A DNA stretch of 64,000 bases from a bacterium. Its GTDB lineage: Bacteria > SZUA-79 > Acidulodesulfobacterales > Acidulodesulfobacteraceae. A program made the position numbers and the translations under genes. Below the pieces are notes generated by a model. That model ran no database searches, was not told the origin of the DNA, and worked only from the letters and a program-made list of their open reading frames with translations. Positions 30,531-39,405 of this stretch are shown piece by piece (the first letter of the stretch is position 1; every line of letters begins with the position of its first letter). The stretch lies in NCBI GenBank assembly GCA_021789605.1, contig JAJYJI010000003.1, forward strand, positions 36,450 to 100,449, read 5' to 3'.

Positions 30531-32303
30531 ATGAAAGAAAAATACGATAAAAAAAAAGATATAGCCGTTTTAAAAAGATTGCTGCCGTATATATATCCTT
30601 ACAAAAAAAGGCTGATAATGGCGGTAATAAGCATGACGGTCGTTTCGGTTCTGACTGGAGCGCTAGCCTATATAGTAAGGCCGCTGATAAATAATATATT
30701 CATAACTAAAAGCTATAACGAGCTTATGCTAATCCCGTTTCTCGTCATATTGCTATTTCTCGTAAAAAATATTTTCTATTATGCTGAATTTTATTATATC
30801 GGTTCGGTAGGACAGAATATCATAAGAACGCTAAGGGACGAAGTTTACTCGGCCATAGTGAAATTTCCGGTTCAAAAGCTTAATAAAATTCCCACCGGCG
30901 TCCTTATTGCAAGAATTACATACGATATAAGCATTATTCAGAAAACGGTATCCGATTCCGTAAGCGCGGTAATGAAGGATATTTTGACTATTATAGTGCT
31001 TGCCGCTGTAATATTTTATATGGATTTTGAACTTGCAGCAGCCGTTTTAATATTGTTTCCTATCGCAGTTTTTCCCGTTTCCGTTCTCGGTAAAAAGGCA
31101 AGAAAAACAAGCACCGATACCCAGACCGAAATGGGGAACGTTACTAAATTTTTAGACGAAACCGTTTCCAATCTTAGAATGGTCAAGGCTTACAATATGG
31201 AAGAACTCGAGATAAGCCGTTTTAGAAAATTATCGGACAATCTTTATAAATTTTTCATGAGAATGACAAAAATAAGGGGATTGACGGTTCCTTTCGTCGA
31301 ATTAATCGGAGGAATATCCGTTGCGATAATTATATTTATCGGAGGATTGCAGGTAATAAAATTCGGCTATACTCCCGGCAGTTTTTTTTCTTTTTTAACG
31401 GCGGTTCTTTTGCTTTACGAACCGGTTAAAAGTTTATCGCGCCTGAACAACAGCCTTCAGGAAGGCATTGCCGCAGGCTCCAGAATTTTCGATATATTAG
31501 ACGAAGAGCCGGAAGAAGCCGGCGGCGGAACGCCGGTGCCCGCGGAAATTCAAAGCCTCGAAATAAATAAACTTTATTTTTCCTACGATAAAGGCAAGGG
31601 TGAAAATTACGATTTAAAAAATATAAATATAAAAATTAAAAAAGGGGAAATTGCCGCCATAGTCGGTTATTCCGGCGCAGGTAAAACCACGATTTCTATG
31701 CTGATACCGCGGTTTTATAAGCCGGATGCCGGCGAAATAAAGCTTAACGGAATCGACATTAACGAATTTAATTTAAAAGAGTTAAGAAACTCCGTTTCTT
31801 ACGTATCGCAAAATGTTATTTTATTCAACGAATCCATAAGATTCAATATAGAATACGGAAGTCCCGGCAAAAGTTTAGACGACGTTGTAAGCGCTGCGAA
31901 ATTGGCTTTTGCCCACGATTTTATATCCGCTCTTCCTTCCGGATACGATACCATAGTCGACGAGGCTGGCTTAAGGCTTTCCGGCGGCGAAAAGCAAAGG
32001 ATTTTGATAGCCAGGGCTTTTTTAAAGAATTCCGGAGTGCTGATTCTCGACGAGGCTACATCTTCGTTAGACAGCGAATCCGAAAAAGAAATTCAAAACG
32101 CCTTATTCGGTTCCGATAAAAATCCCAGCGGATTATGCAAAAATAAAATTGCGGTAATAATCGCTCACAGGCTTTCTACGGTAAAAAAAGCCGACGCTAT
32201 TTACGTTCTGGAAAAAGGCGAAATCGTCGAAAGCGGAAGCCACGAAGAACTTATAAAGAAAGCCGGAATTTATAAAACTCTTCTTGCAAAGCAGATGGAA
32301 TGA
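30531..32303 (+). CDS. msbA: ABC exporter (TMD-NBD half transporter), probable lipid A flippase MsbA
   Basis: Has a six-TM ABC_membrane domain plus an NBD (GYSGAGKTT, LSGGEKQR, LILDEATS). It lies between lpxB and waaA. Confidence 0.82.
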   Translation: MKEKYDKKKDIAVLKRLLPYIYPYKKRLIMAVISMTVVSVLTGALAYIVRPLINNIFITKSYNELMLIPFLVILLFLVKNIFYYAEFYYIGSVGQNIIRTLRDEVYSAIVKFPVQKLNKIPTGVLIARITYDISIIQKTVSDSVSAVMKDILTIIVLAAVIFYMDFELAAAVLILFPIAVFPVSVLGKKARKTSTDTQTEMGNVTKFLDETVSNLRMVKAYNMEELEISRFRKLSDNLYKFFMRMTKIRGLTVPFVELIGGISVAIIIFIGGLQVIKFGYTPGSFFSFLTAVLLLYEPVKSLSRLNNSLQEGIAAGSRIFDILDEEPEEAGGGTPVPAEIQSLEINKLYFSYDKGKGENYDLKNINIKIKKGEIAAIVGYSGAGKTTISMLIPRFYKPDAGEIKLNGIDINEFNLKELRNSVSYVSQNVILFNESIRFNIEYGSPGKSLDDVVSAAKLAFAHDFISALPSGYDTIVDEAGLRLSGGEKQRILIARAFLKNSGVLILDEATSSLDSESEKEIQNALFGSDKNPSGLCKNKIAVIIAHRLSTVKKADAIYVLEKGEIVESGSHEELIKKAGIYKTLLAKQME

Positions 32304-32315
32304 ACTATTTTATTT

Positions 32316-33665
32316 ATGAAAAAAATCTTGTTTTCCTTTTATAATATTATATTATTAGTGTTTTCCCCGTTTTTTTTTATAATTTTATTATTTCTGGGTT
32401 TAATAAAAAATAATAAAAGCGCAGGTTTTTTCTATAAGTTTTTTCCTTTTGCGTATAAGCCTTTGAGAAGCGCCGGCAATAGAGCCGTATGGATTCACGC
32501 CGTATCGTTGGGAGAATTAAGGGCGTCCGTTAATTTCATCGGATTAATCAAAGAAAGAACCGGCAAAAATATTTATCTGTCCGTTACGACCAGGACCGGA
32601 TACGATTCTGCAAAAGAACTTTATAAAAATAATAAATATGTCTCGGTATTTTATTTTCCCTACGATTTTAATTTTTCCGTCAAAAGTGTTTTAAAATTAC
32701 TCGAACCGGTGCTGTTTATTTCCGTAGAAACAGAGATATGGCCGAATTTATTTAATATGCTTAAGGAAAGGAATATTCCGGTCGCGGTAATAAACGCAAG
32801 GATATCCGATTCATCCTATAAAAATTATTTGAACTTTGCTTTTTTTTTCAAGCACGTTTTCGGTAAAATAGATTTAGTTTTATGCATTTCAGGGGCTTAT
32901 TGCGAAAAATTTTCCGCTCTCGGCGTTAAGCGGGAAAATATGCACGCTACCGGCAATATGAAATTTGATTTAGATATTTCCTCAGTCGCAAAAGACCTCG
33001 AAGAAAAAAGCCGCAATTTAAAAAATATATTTAAAGCCGGCAAAATAATAGCGGCGGGCAGTACGCATAAAGGAGAAGAAAGATTGATAATAGATGCGGC
33101 CGCGAAACTGAACGAAAGCGAAAGAAACGAAAAAATATTTCTTTTTATCGCGCCGAGGCATCCCGAAAGATTTGCGGAAGTCGAAGGCCTGCTAAAAGAT
33201 ATGGGCGCCGAATATTATAAACTTTCATATATATATTCGCAGGGTTGCGGCGCGGATATTTTAAAATCCGGCGCACAAACGCCGGCAGTCATTTTAGTGG
33301 ATATAATCGGAGAACTGCTTGCCGTTTATAATATATGCTGCGTCGCTTTTGTGGGCGGAAGCATGGTAAGCGCGGGCGGCCATAATCTGTTGGAGCCTTT
33401 ATTTTTTGGCAAACCGGTAATTTTCGGCAGTTATATAGAAAATTTTAGGGAAATTGCAGACGAAATCATAAAAAACAGAGCCGGCAGAAAAGTCCGTACC
33501 CCCATGGAATTGCGCGATGCGCTATACGAGTATTTATACGACGAGAAATCGTCGGACGCCGCTTCTAAAAACGGCTTAAGCCTTATAGCCCGCAATAAAG
33601 GTTCGTCGATTCTAAACTTAGATTATTTATCGGGATTAATAGAATCTTTTAACGTGAATTCTTAG
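32316..33665 (+). CDS. waaA: 3-deoxy-D-manno-octulosonic acid (Kdo) transferase
   Basis: Has an N-terminal TM anchor, VWIHAVSLGELRAS, and a C-terminal GGSMVSAGGHNLLEP motif typical of WaaA/KdtA. Confidence 0.88.
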   Translation: MKKILFSFYNIILLVFSPFFFIILLFLGLIKNNKSAGFFYKFFPFAYKPLRSAGNRAVWIHAVSLGELRASVNFIGLIKERTGKNIYLSVTTRTGYDSAKELYKNNKYVSVFYFPYDFNFSVKSVLKLLEPVLFISVETEIWPNLFNMLKERNIPVAVINARISDSSYKNYLNFAFFFKHVFGKIDLVLCISGAYCEKFSALGVKRENMHATGNMKFDLDISSVAKDLEEKSRNLKNIFKAGKIIAAGSTHKGEERLIIDAAAKLNESERNEKIFLFIAPRHPERFAEVEGLLKDMGAEYYKLSYIYSQGCGADILKSGAQTPAVILVDIIGELLAVYNICCVAFVGGSMVSAGGHNLLEPLFFGKPVIFGSYIENFREIADEIIKNRAGRKVRTPMELRDALYEYLYDEKSSDAASKNGLSLIARNKGSSILNLDYLSGLIESFNVNS

Positions 33666-33754
33666 CCTTCCGATATTTCTGCGTTATCTCGCGGAGAGGA
33701 AGCAATAGGAAAGAGTTCGGTTTTAAAATTTAAATGACAGGGAAAAAATAATTG

Positions 33755-33783
33755 TTGACAATATGGGCGAAACCCATTAAAAT
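33755..33783 (+). promoter_or_regulatory. Candidate sigma-70 promoter upstream of rplU (TTGACA-17 nt-TAAAAT)
   Basis: TTGACA lies at 33755-33760 and TAAAAT at 33778-33783, with a counted 17-nt spacer. This is about 80 nt upstream of the rplU start. Confidence 0.5.
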
Positions 33784-33861
33784 TAAATATTCATATTTGG
33801 GCGTGAATTCGGCTTAACGTTTTGTCGGCAGATATTTAATTTTAAGCAAAGAGGGGTATTA

Positions 33862-34173
33862 ATGAACAGTTATGCGGTTATAATTTCCGGTTCCAAGCAA
33901 TACACGGTTGCCGCCGGAGACGTCATAAGAATAGAAAGCGCGGGCAAAGAAAAAGGCGACGAGATGACTTTCAGGCTTTTAATGTTAAAAAACGGCGATG
34001 AACTATTAATAGGAGAAGAAGTTTTAAAAGATAAAAACGTTAAAGGCGTCGTGGTAAGAAACGGAAGGGCTAAAAAAATAATAGTATTTAAAATGAAACG
34101 CCGTAAAGACGAAAGAAAAAAAAGAGGACACAGGCAGAACTTTACGGAAATTAAAATAACGGATATCCCATAG
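33862..34173 (+). CDS. rplU: 50S ribosomal protein L21
   Basis: Begins MNSYAVIISGSKQYTV and ends in a basic tail with GHRQNFTEIKI. Length is 103 aa. Confidence 0.95.
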   Translation: MNSYAVIISGSKQYTVAAGDVIRIESAGKEKGDEMTFRLLMLKNGDELLIGEEVLKDKNVKGVVVRNGRAKKIIVFKMKRRKDERKKRGHRQNFTEIKITDIP

Positions 34174-34245
34174 CCGTTTTCTTAACAAGCTGTTTTTAAA
34201 ATTTCAATATTAAAAATCTATTATATAAAATATTAGGGTGATATC

Positions 34246-34503
34246 ATGGCGCACAAAAAAGCCGGAGGCAGTTCAAGAAACGGAAGAGACAGTCAAGGAC
34301 AGAGAAGGGGCGTTAAAAGGTTCGGCGGTCAATTAGTCAAACCGGGAGAAATTATCGTCCGCCAGGTAGGTTCTTCTTTTCATCCGGGAAAATTCGTTAA
34401 AGAAGGAAAGGATTACACCCTTTATTCCATTATAAAGGGATTCGTTAAATTTCATGCGGGTAAAAACAACAGAAAATTTGTCAGTATTATTCCTGCCGAA
34501 TAA
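34246..34503 (+). CDS. rpmA: 50S ribosomal protein L27
   Basis: Begins with the canonical [25 protein letters not shown]-terminus. Length is 85 aa. Confidence 0.97.
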   Translation: MAHKKAGGSSRNGRDSQGQRRGVKRFGGQLVKPGEIIVRQVGSSFHPGKFVKEGKDYTLYSIIKGFVKFHAGKNNRKFVSIIPAE

Positions 34504-34594
34504 GGTGAAGCCTATTTTTTAATTCTTCGGAATTCCCGCCCCTTGTCCATATTAACGGAGCATCAATTTTAATCGTTTAATCGCAAACAGTTTT

Positions 34595-35599
34595 ATGAAA
34601 TTCGTCGATAATGCCGTAATCACCATAGCTTCCGGTAACGGAGGCAGAGGCGCCGTAAGTTTCAGAAGGGAAAAGTTTATTCCTAAAGGCGGACCCGACG
34701 GCGGAGACGGCGGAGACGGCGGAGACGTTATATTTAAAGCATCCCATAATATAGCGAGTCTTCTCGATTTCAGATATAAGCCAAGATATATCGCCGGGAA
34801 CGGAGGCAGCGGACAGGGCAACAACAAAAAAGGAAAGGACGGCAAAGATATCGTTATCGCCGTTCCGGCCGGCACTGCGGTAATGGATTGCGATTCCGAA
34901 GAAATTATCGCCGACCTTAAAAAAGACGGCGAAAAAGTCGTTTTGTTAAGGGGCGGAACCGGCGGCAAGGGCAATTCCTTTTTTAAAACATCCACAAACA
35001 GAAGGCCGCGTTTTGCCCAGCCCGGGCTCTTCGGACATGCGCGGAAAGTCCGCCTTGTGCTGAAAAGCATAGGAGATATCGGCATAGTAGGCCTTCCTAA
35101 CGCCGGCAAATCCACTCTTATTTCTAAATTGACGGGGTCGCGGCCGAAAATTGCCCCTTATCCTTTTACTACGAAAACACCCAACCTTGGCGTTTTTCGC
35201 GATGAAAATTCAGGCAGGACTTTTACCTTGGTGGATATACCCGGAATAATAGCCGGAGCGTCCGAAGGCATCGGACTGGGATTAAAGTTTTTAAATCATG
35301 TAGAAAGGTCTGATATGCTGCTCCATTTAATAGAAATAGGGGACGCGGAAGAAATTAAGGAAAGATACGAAGCGGTTGCAAAAGAAATATCGGCATATAA
35401 AGAAGAAATATTTAAAAAAGAACATATAGCCGTAATAAATAAAATAGATTTGATACCGGATGCGAAAAAACTAAATAAAATTAAAAATAAAATTAAAAAA
35501 TTTTTTGCCGGAATAAACGTTCCCGTGTTTTTTATTTCCGCTTACGACAATACAGGCGTGGAAGAGCTAAAGGAATATTTAAGCGGCCGGTCGATTTAA
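34595..35599 (+). CDS. obg: GTPase Obg/CgtA
   Basis: Begins MKFVDNAVI and has the glycine-rich Obg fold (GGPDGGDGGDGGD). The G domain carries GLPNAGKST and DIPG. It occupies the conserved rplU-rpmA-obg position. Confidence 0.95.
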   Translation: MKFVDNAVITIASGNGGRGAVSFRREKFIPKGGPDGGDGGDGGDVIFKASHNIASLLDFRYKPRYIAGNGGSGQGNNKKGKDGKDIVIAVPAGTAVMDCDSEEIIADLKKDGEKVVLLRGGTGGKGNSFFKTSTNRRPRFAQPGLFGHARKVRLVLKSIGDIGIVGLPNAGKSTLISKLTGSRPKIAPYPFTTKTPNLGVFRDENSGRTFTLVDIPGIIAGASEGIGLGLKFLNHVERSDMLLHLIEIGDAEEIKERYEAVAKEISAYKEEIFKKEHIAVINKIDLIPDAKKLNKIKNKIKKFFAGINVPVFFISAYDNTGVEELKEYLSGRSI

Positions 35600-35786
35600 A
35601 AAACGTTAATTTTTTTTTTACGCTGCGGAGATAATCTCTGCGGATAACATCAAAGATAGAAATGTCTATACACTAAAAAGCACCTTGTCAAAGAATCAAG
35701 AAGCCTCGTACGAAAGGGCGGGGCAGTTCGCAAGTCGAGTTATAATTAGCAAATATAAAATAAATGCAAGGCGTTCGGAAAAATAA

Positions 35787-36935
35787 GTGGACGATAACAA
35801 TTTTAAAAAATATCTTAGCGGAAAAAGAAGAATCGTTATAAAAATAGGCTCTCAAGTTCTTTTAGACAAAAACGGGAAGCCTTCGGCAGGCGCATTTAAA
35901 AAAATCTGCGAATTTTCTTTTTCTTTAATCAAGCAAAAAAAAGAAGTAATATTGGTTTCGTCCGGCGCAATCGCCGCCGGAAAAGATTTGCTAAAAATAA
36001 ATTCGGACACGGACAGCGGCTTTACTATGCCTCAAAAGCAGGCCTTTGCGGCTTGCGGCCAGGCTGTTCTTATGCGCAATTATAATGCCTGTTTTAAAAA
36101 ATACGGGATTAAAACCGCGCAGATTCTCTTAACCAAAGAGGACATATCCATTAGAAAAAGATTTACCAATGCCAGAAATACTATCTTTGAATTGCTGAAC
36201 AGGGAAGTGGTTCCGGTTATCAACGAAAACGACACCGTTTCGTATGAGGAGATTAAATTCTCGGATAACGACCATTTGTCCGCCCTTGTTTTAAATCTGG
36301 TATGCGCCGACCTCCTCATAATACTTTCGAACGTAAACGGCGTTTACGATAAAAATCCAAACGTATTCAAGGGCGCAAAGCGCATTCAAATTATCGACGA
36401 TATAAAAGATTATATTAAAAATTTTAAAGAAACTTCAAAAAGCCGGCACGGCACCGGAGGAATGAAATCTAAGCTATACGCGGCTTTCATAGCCTCCAGC
36501 GCAGGAGTGGACACGATTATCGCTTCGGGGAAAGATAAAAAAAGCCTTAACTCTTTAATTTCGGGAAATTTAACCGGCACTTTAATTGCCTCTTCTCAGG
36601 ATAAAATAAATAAAAAAAAGCATTGGCTGCTGTTCGGCATGGAAAAAGCCGGAGAAATAGTCGTGGACGATGGGGCGATAACGGCGATTACGGCCTGCAA
36701 CAAAAGCCTTCTTGCAAGCGGCGTTATTAAAATAAAAGGCGATTTCAAAAAAGGAGACGGGGTTTTTATAGTAAACGGCAAAGGCGCGGTCTTTTCCAAA
36801 GGGGTCTCAAATTTAGATTCTAATGATATAAAAAAAATTAAGGGTTTAAGTTCCGGAGAAATAAAAGCAAAATTCGGCAAAGAAGGCATTTCCGCCTTAG
36901 TCGTCCATAAAGACAAAATGGTTGCGTCGATATAA
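35787..36935 (+). CDS. proB: Glutamate 5-kinase (with C-terminal PUA domain)
   Basis: GTG start. Has an amino-acid kinase fold (VIKIGSQVL, VPVINENDTV, FSDNDHLSA) and a PUA-like C-terminus. proA follows. Confidence 0.92.
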   Translation: MDDNNFKKYLSGKRRIVIKIGSQVLLDKNGKPSAGAFKKICEFSFSLIKQKKEVILVSSGAIAAGKDLLKINSDTDSGFTMPQKQAFAACGQAVLMRNYNACFKKYGIKTAQILLTKEDISIRKRFTNARNTIFELLNREVVPVINENDTVSYEEIKFSDNDHLSALVLNLVCADLLIILSNVNGVYDKNPNVFKGAKRIQIIDDIKDYIKNFKETSKSRHGTGGMKSKLYAAFIASSAGVDTIIASGKDKKSLNSLISGNLTGTLIASSQDKINKKKHWLLFGMEKAGEIVVDDGAITAITACNKSLLASGVIKIKGDFKKGDGVFIVNGKGAVFSKGVSNLDSNDIKKIKGLSSGEIKAKFGKEGISALVVHKDKMVASI

Positions 36936-37005
36936 TAAATAATTAAAATATATTTTACGCGTTATAAATAAAAAAATAAAAAAGAAAAAGGGAAAGGCAG
37001 GCTAT

Positions 37006-38283
37006 ATGAAACATATTGATGAAACGTTATCCGTAAAGGAAATCGCAAAAAAGGCATATGAAGCAAGCGGTTTCATAGCGAACGCGGGTTCGCGGACAAA
37101 ACTGAATATATTTAAAACGCTTCGCGGGCTTTTAATAGAAAATAAGAAAATTATTGCGTCCGAAAACGCCAAAGACGTCGAAGAAGCAAAATCACGCGGT
37201 TTAAGCAAGCCTATGCTTGACAGATTGGTTATCTCCGATAAAACATTCGATTCTATAATAGAATCGATAGAAGACGTTATGAAAATAGACGACCCGGTCG
37301 GAGAAATAGAGAGAATAGGAACGAGGCCCAACGGGCTTATGGTCGGCAAGATGCGGATACCGCTGGGCGTAATAGGAATAATTTACGAATCGAGGCCAAA
37401 TGTTACCATCGATGCGTCGATACTGTGCCTGCTGTCGGGAAACGCCGTAATCCTTAGGGGCGGCTCAGAAGCGATTAATTCCAATAAAATACTCGCGTCT
37501 TTTGTGTCGAAAAGCCTTGAAATAAACGGACTTCCCTCCGAAACGGTTTCGATAGTTCCTTATACCGACAGGTCTGCAGTAAAAGAACTAATTTCCCAGA
37601 ATAAATATATAGACCTCATAATACCCCGGGGAGGAGAGGGGCTTATATCATTTGTAACCGAAAATTCTAAAATTCCGGTAATAAAGCACGATAAGGGAAT
37701 TTGCCATATATACGTTGATAAATATGCCGATATCGAAAAATCTTTAGGAGTAATTATCAACGCAAAAGCGCAAAGGCCGTCGGTATGCAACGCCCTGGAA
37801 ACCCTTCTGGTGCATTCGGCGGTATCGGAAAAATTTATGCCGGAGATGCTAAGAGAGCTTAAAAAAAACAACGTGGAAGTAAGGGCGGACGGAGAAATTT
37901 GGCATATTTTCAAAGATAAATTTAACTTTATCGTCCCGGCAAGCGACGCCGACTGGGACACGGAATATTTAAACCTTACCTTATCGGTAAAATCTGTTAA
38001 AAATATGGACGAAGCGATAAAGCATATAAAATTGCACGGCTCAAACCATACCGAAGCAATACTTACCGAAAATTATACGCGAGCCCTGGAGTTTATCAGG
38101 AAGGTAAATTCTTCCTGCGTTTTAATAAACGCATCCACCAGATTCAACGACGGTTTTGAGCTGGGGTTGGGCGCCGAAATAGGCATATCTACTTCAAAAA
38201 TACACGCATTCGGGCCTATGGGGGCAAAAGAACTTACCTCGTCAAAATTTATCGTCTTTGGAAATTATCAAGAAAGATTATGA
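37006..38283 (+). CDS. proA: Gamma-glutamyl phosphate reductase
   Basis: Aldehyde dehydrogenase family member with GIIYESRPNVT and the active-site sequence RPSVCNALETLLVH. Length is 425 aa. Confidence 0.95.
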   Translation: MKHIDETLSVKEIAKKAYEASGFIANAGSRTKLNIFKTLRGLLIENKKIIASENAKDVEEAKSRGLSKPMLDRLVISDKTFDSIIESIEDVMKIDDPVGEIERIGTRPNGLMVGKMRIPLGVIGIIYESRPNVTIDASILCLLSGNAVILRGGSEAINSNKILASFVSKSLEINGLPSETVSIVPYTDRSAVKELISQNKYIDLIIPRGGEGLISFVTENSKIPVIKHDKGICHIYVDKYADIEKSLGVIINAKAQRPSVCNALETLLVHSAVSEKFMPEMLRELKKNNVEVRADGEIWHIFKDKFNFIVPASDADWDTEYLNLTLSVKSVKNMDEAIKHIKLHGSNHTEAILTENYTRALEFIRKVNSSCVLINASTRFNDGFELGLGAEIGISTSKIHAFGPMGAKELTSSKFIVFGNYQERL

Positions 38284-38939
38284 AAATCGGAATTTTCGGA
38301 GGTTCTTTTAATCCTCTGCATTACGGACACTTAAGGGCGGCCGAAGAGGTTGAACAAAAATTTATGCTGGATAAAATCATCTTTATTCCGGCAAACGCTG
38401 TATCAAATAAAAACGAAATTCTGCTTGCTCCGGAAAAAAGATTGGAGATGATAAATATTGCAATAAAGAACAATAAAAAATTCGAATCTTCCGATATCGA
38501 AATAAAAAGGGGCGGTTTTTCTTACTCTTATGATACCGCTATTCAACTGCAAAAAATATATCCTGGGGGCGAATTATATTTTATCGTAGGAACAGATGCG
38601 TTTTGCGATATAAAAAATTGGAAAAAAGGCGATGAAATATTCGATATAATTAATTTTATCGTCGTAAGCAGAAACGATGCCCGCGCCGGTGCGGACATTA
38701 AAAATTTAATAAAGTTTGCAGGATTTTTACCCGATAAATTTAAAGAAGCCATCGGCATGGATTATTCGCAAAATAAAATTATTACACTGAAAAATAAATT
38801 TATCTATTTTCTAAAAATTACAAGATTAGATATTTCATCGACGTCTTTAAGAAATAATTTTAAAAATAATATTTCGAATCTCTTTTTGTTGCCAAACGAA
38901 GTTATTAATTATATAATTAATAATAAGCTTTACAAATAA
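38280..38939 (+). CDS. nadD: Nicotinate-nucleotide adenylyltransferase
   Basis: Has the nucleotidyltransferase motif GIFGGSFNPLHYGHL and ISSTSLR near the C-terminus. Its start overlaps the proA stop in an ATGA arrangement. Confidence 0.9.
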   Translation: MKIGIFGGSFNPLHYGHLRAAEEVEQKFMLDKIIFIPANAVSNKNEILLAPEKRLEMINIAIKNNKKFESSDIEIKRGGFSYSYDTAIQLQKIYPGGELYFIVGTDAFCDIKNWKKGDEIFDIINFIVVSRNDARAGADIKNLIKFAGFLPDKFKEAIGMDYSQNKIITLKNKFIYFLKITRLDISSTSLRNNFKNNISNLFLLPNEVINYIINNKLYK

Positions 38940-38958
38940 TTTATCGTTAAACGTCCCG

Positions 38959-39366
38959 GTGATAAAAACAATCGATACCTTAAAAACAGGAAGAAAACCG
39001 CTTAAAAGAACCAACAAAAATATCAGATTAATTATCGGGGCCCTTTTAGACAAAAGAGCTCACGATATTATAGTTCTGGACGTAAGAAAGATTTCTGGAA
39101 TTACCGATTTTATAATCGTGGCTGGCGGCTCGTCCGACCGCCAGCTGAAAACCATAGCGGATAATGTCATAAGCTCTTTCAAACCGCGCCCTCTTGGACA
39201 GGAGGGTCTAACCGCGCCGAGCTCCAGATGGATAGTTATAGATTACGGCGATATGATTATCCACTTAATCCACGACGATTTAAGGCTTTATTATAATATC
39301 GAAGGTTTATGGCCGGACGCAAAAGAACTGCTGGTCGAATCGTCTTTTGAAAAAAAATCTTTTTAG
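38959..39366 (+). CDS. rsfS: Ribosomal silencing factor RsfS (Iojap family)
   Basis: Has DIIVLDVRKISGITDFIIVAGGSSDRQLKTIADNV and WIVIDYGDMIIHL. The nadD-rsfS linkage is conserved. The GTG start is uncertain. Confidence 0.85.
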   Translation: MIKTIDTLKTGRKPLKRTNKNIRLIIGALLDKRAHDIIVLDVRKISGITDFIIVAGGSSDRQLKTIADNVISSFKPRPLGQEGLTAPSSRWIVIDYGDMIIHLIHDDLRLYYNIEGLWPDAKELLVESSFEKKSF

Positions 39367-39405
39367 TTGCGATTCTATTTTTAACATTTTAATATCATAT
39401 AATAT

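Noticed and set aside
34700-34726. A perfect tandem repeat GGCGGAGAC x3.
   Set aside because: It encodes the GGDGGDGGD glycine-rich strands of the Obg N-terminal fold. It is a coding feature, not a VNTR or regulatory repeat.
34552-35115. A 187-aa minus-strand ORF with a PPSPPSPPSGPP proline-rich tract.
   Set aside because: It is the reverse-complement reading of the glycine-rich Obg fold (GGDGGDGGDGGD). obg on the + strand is unambiguous.
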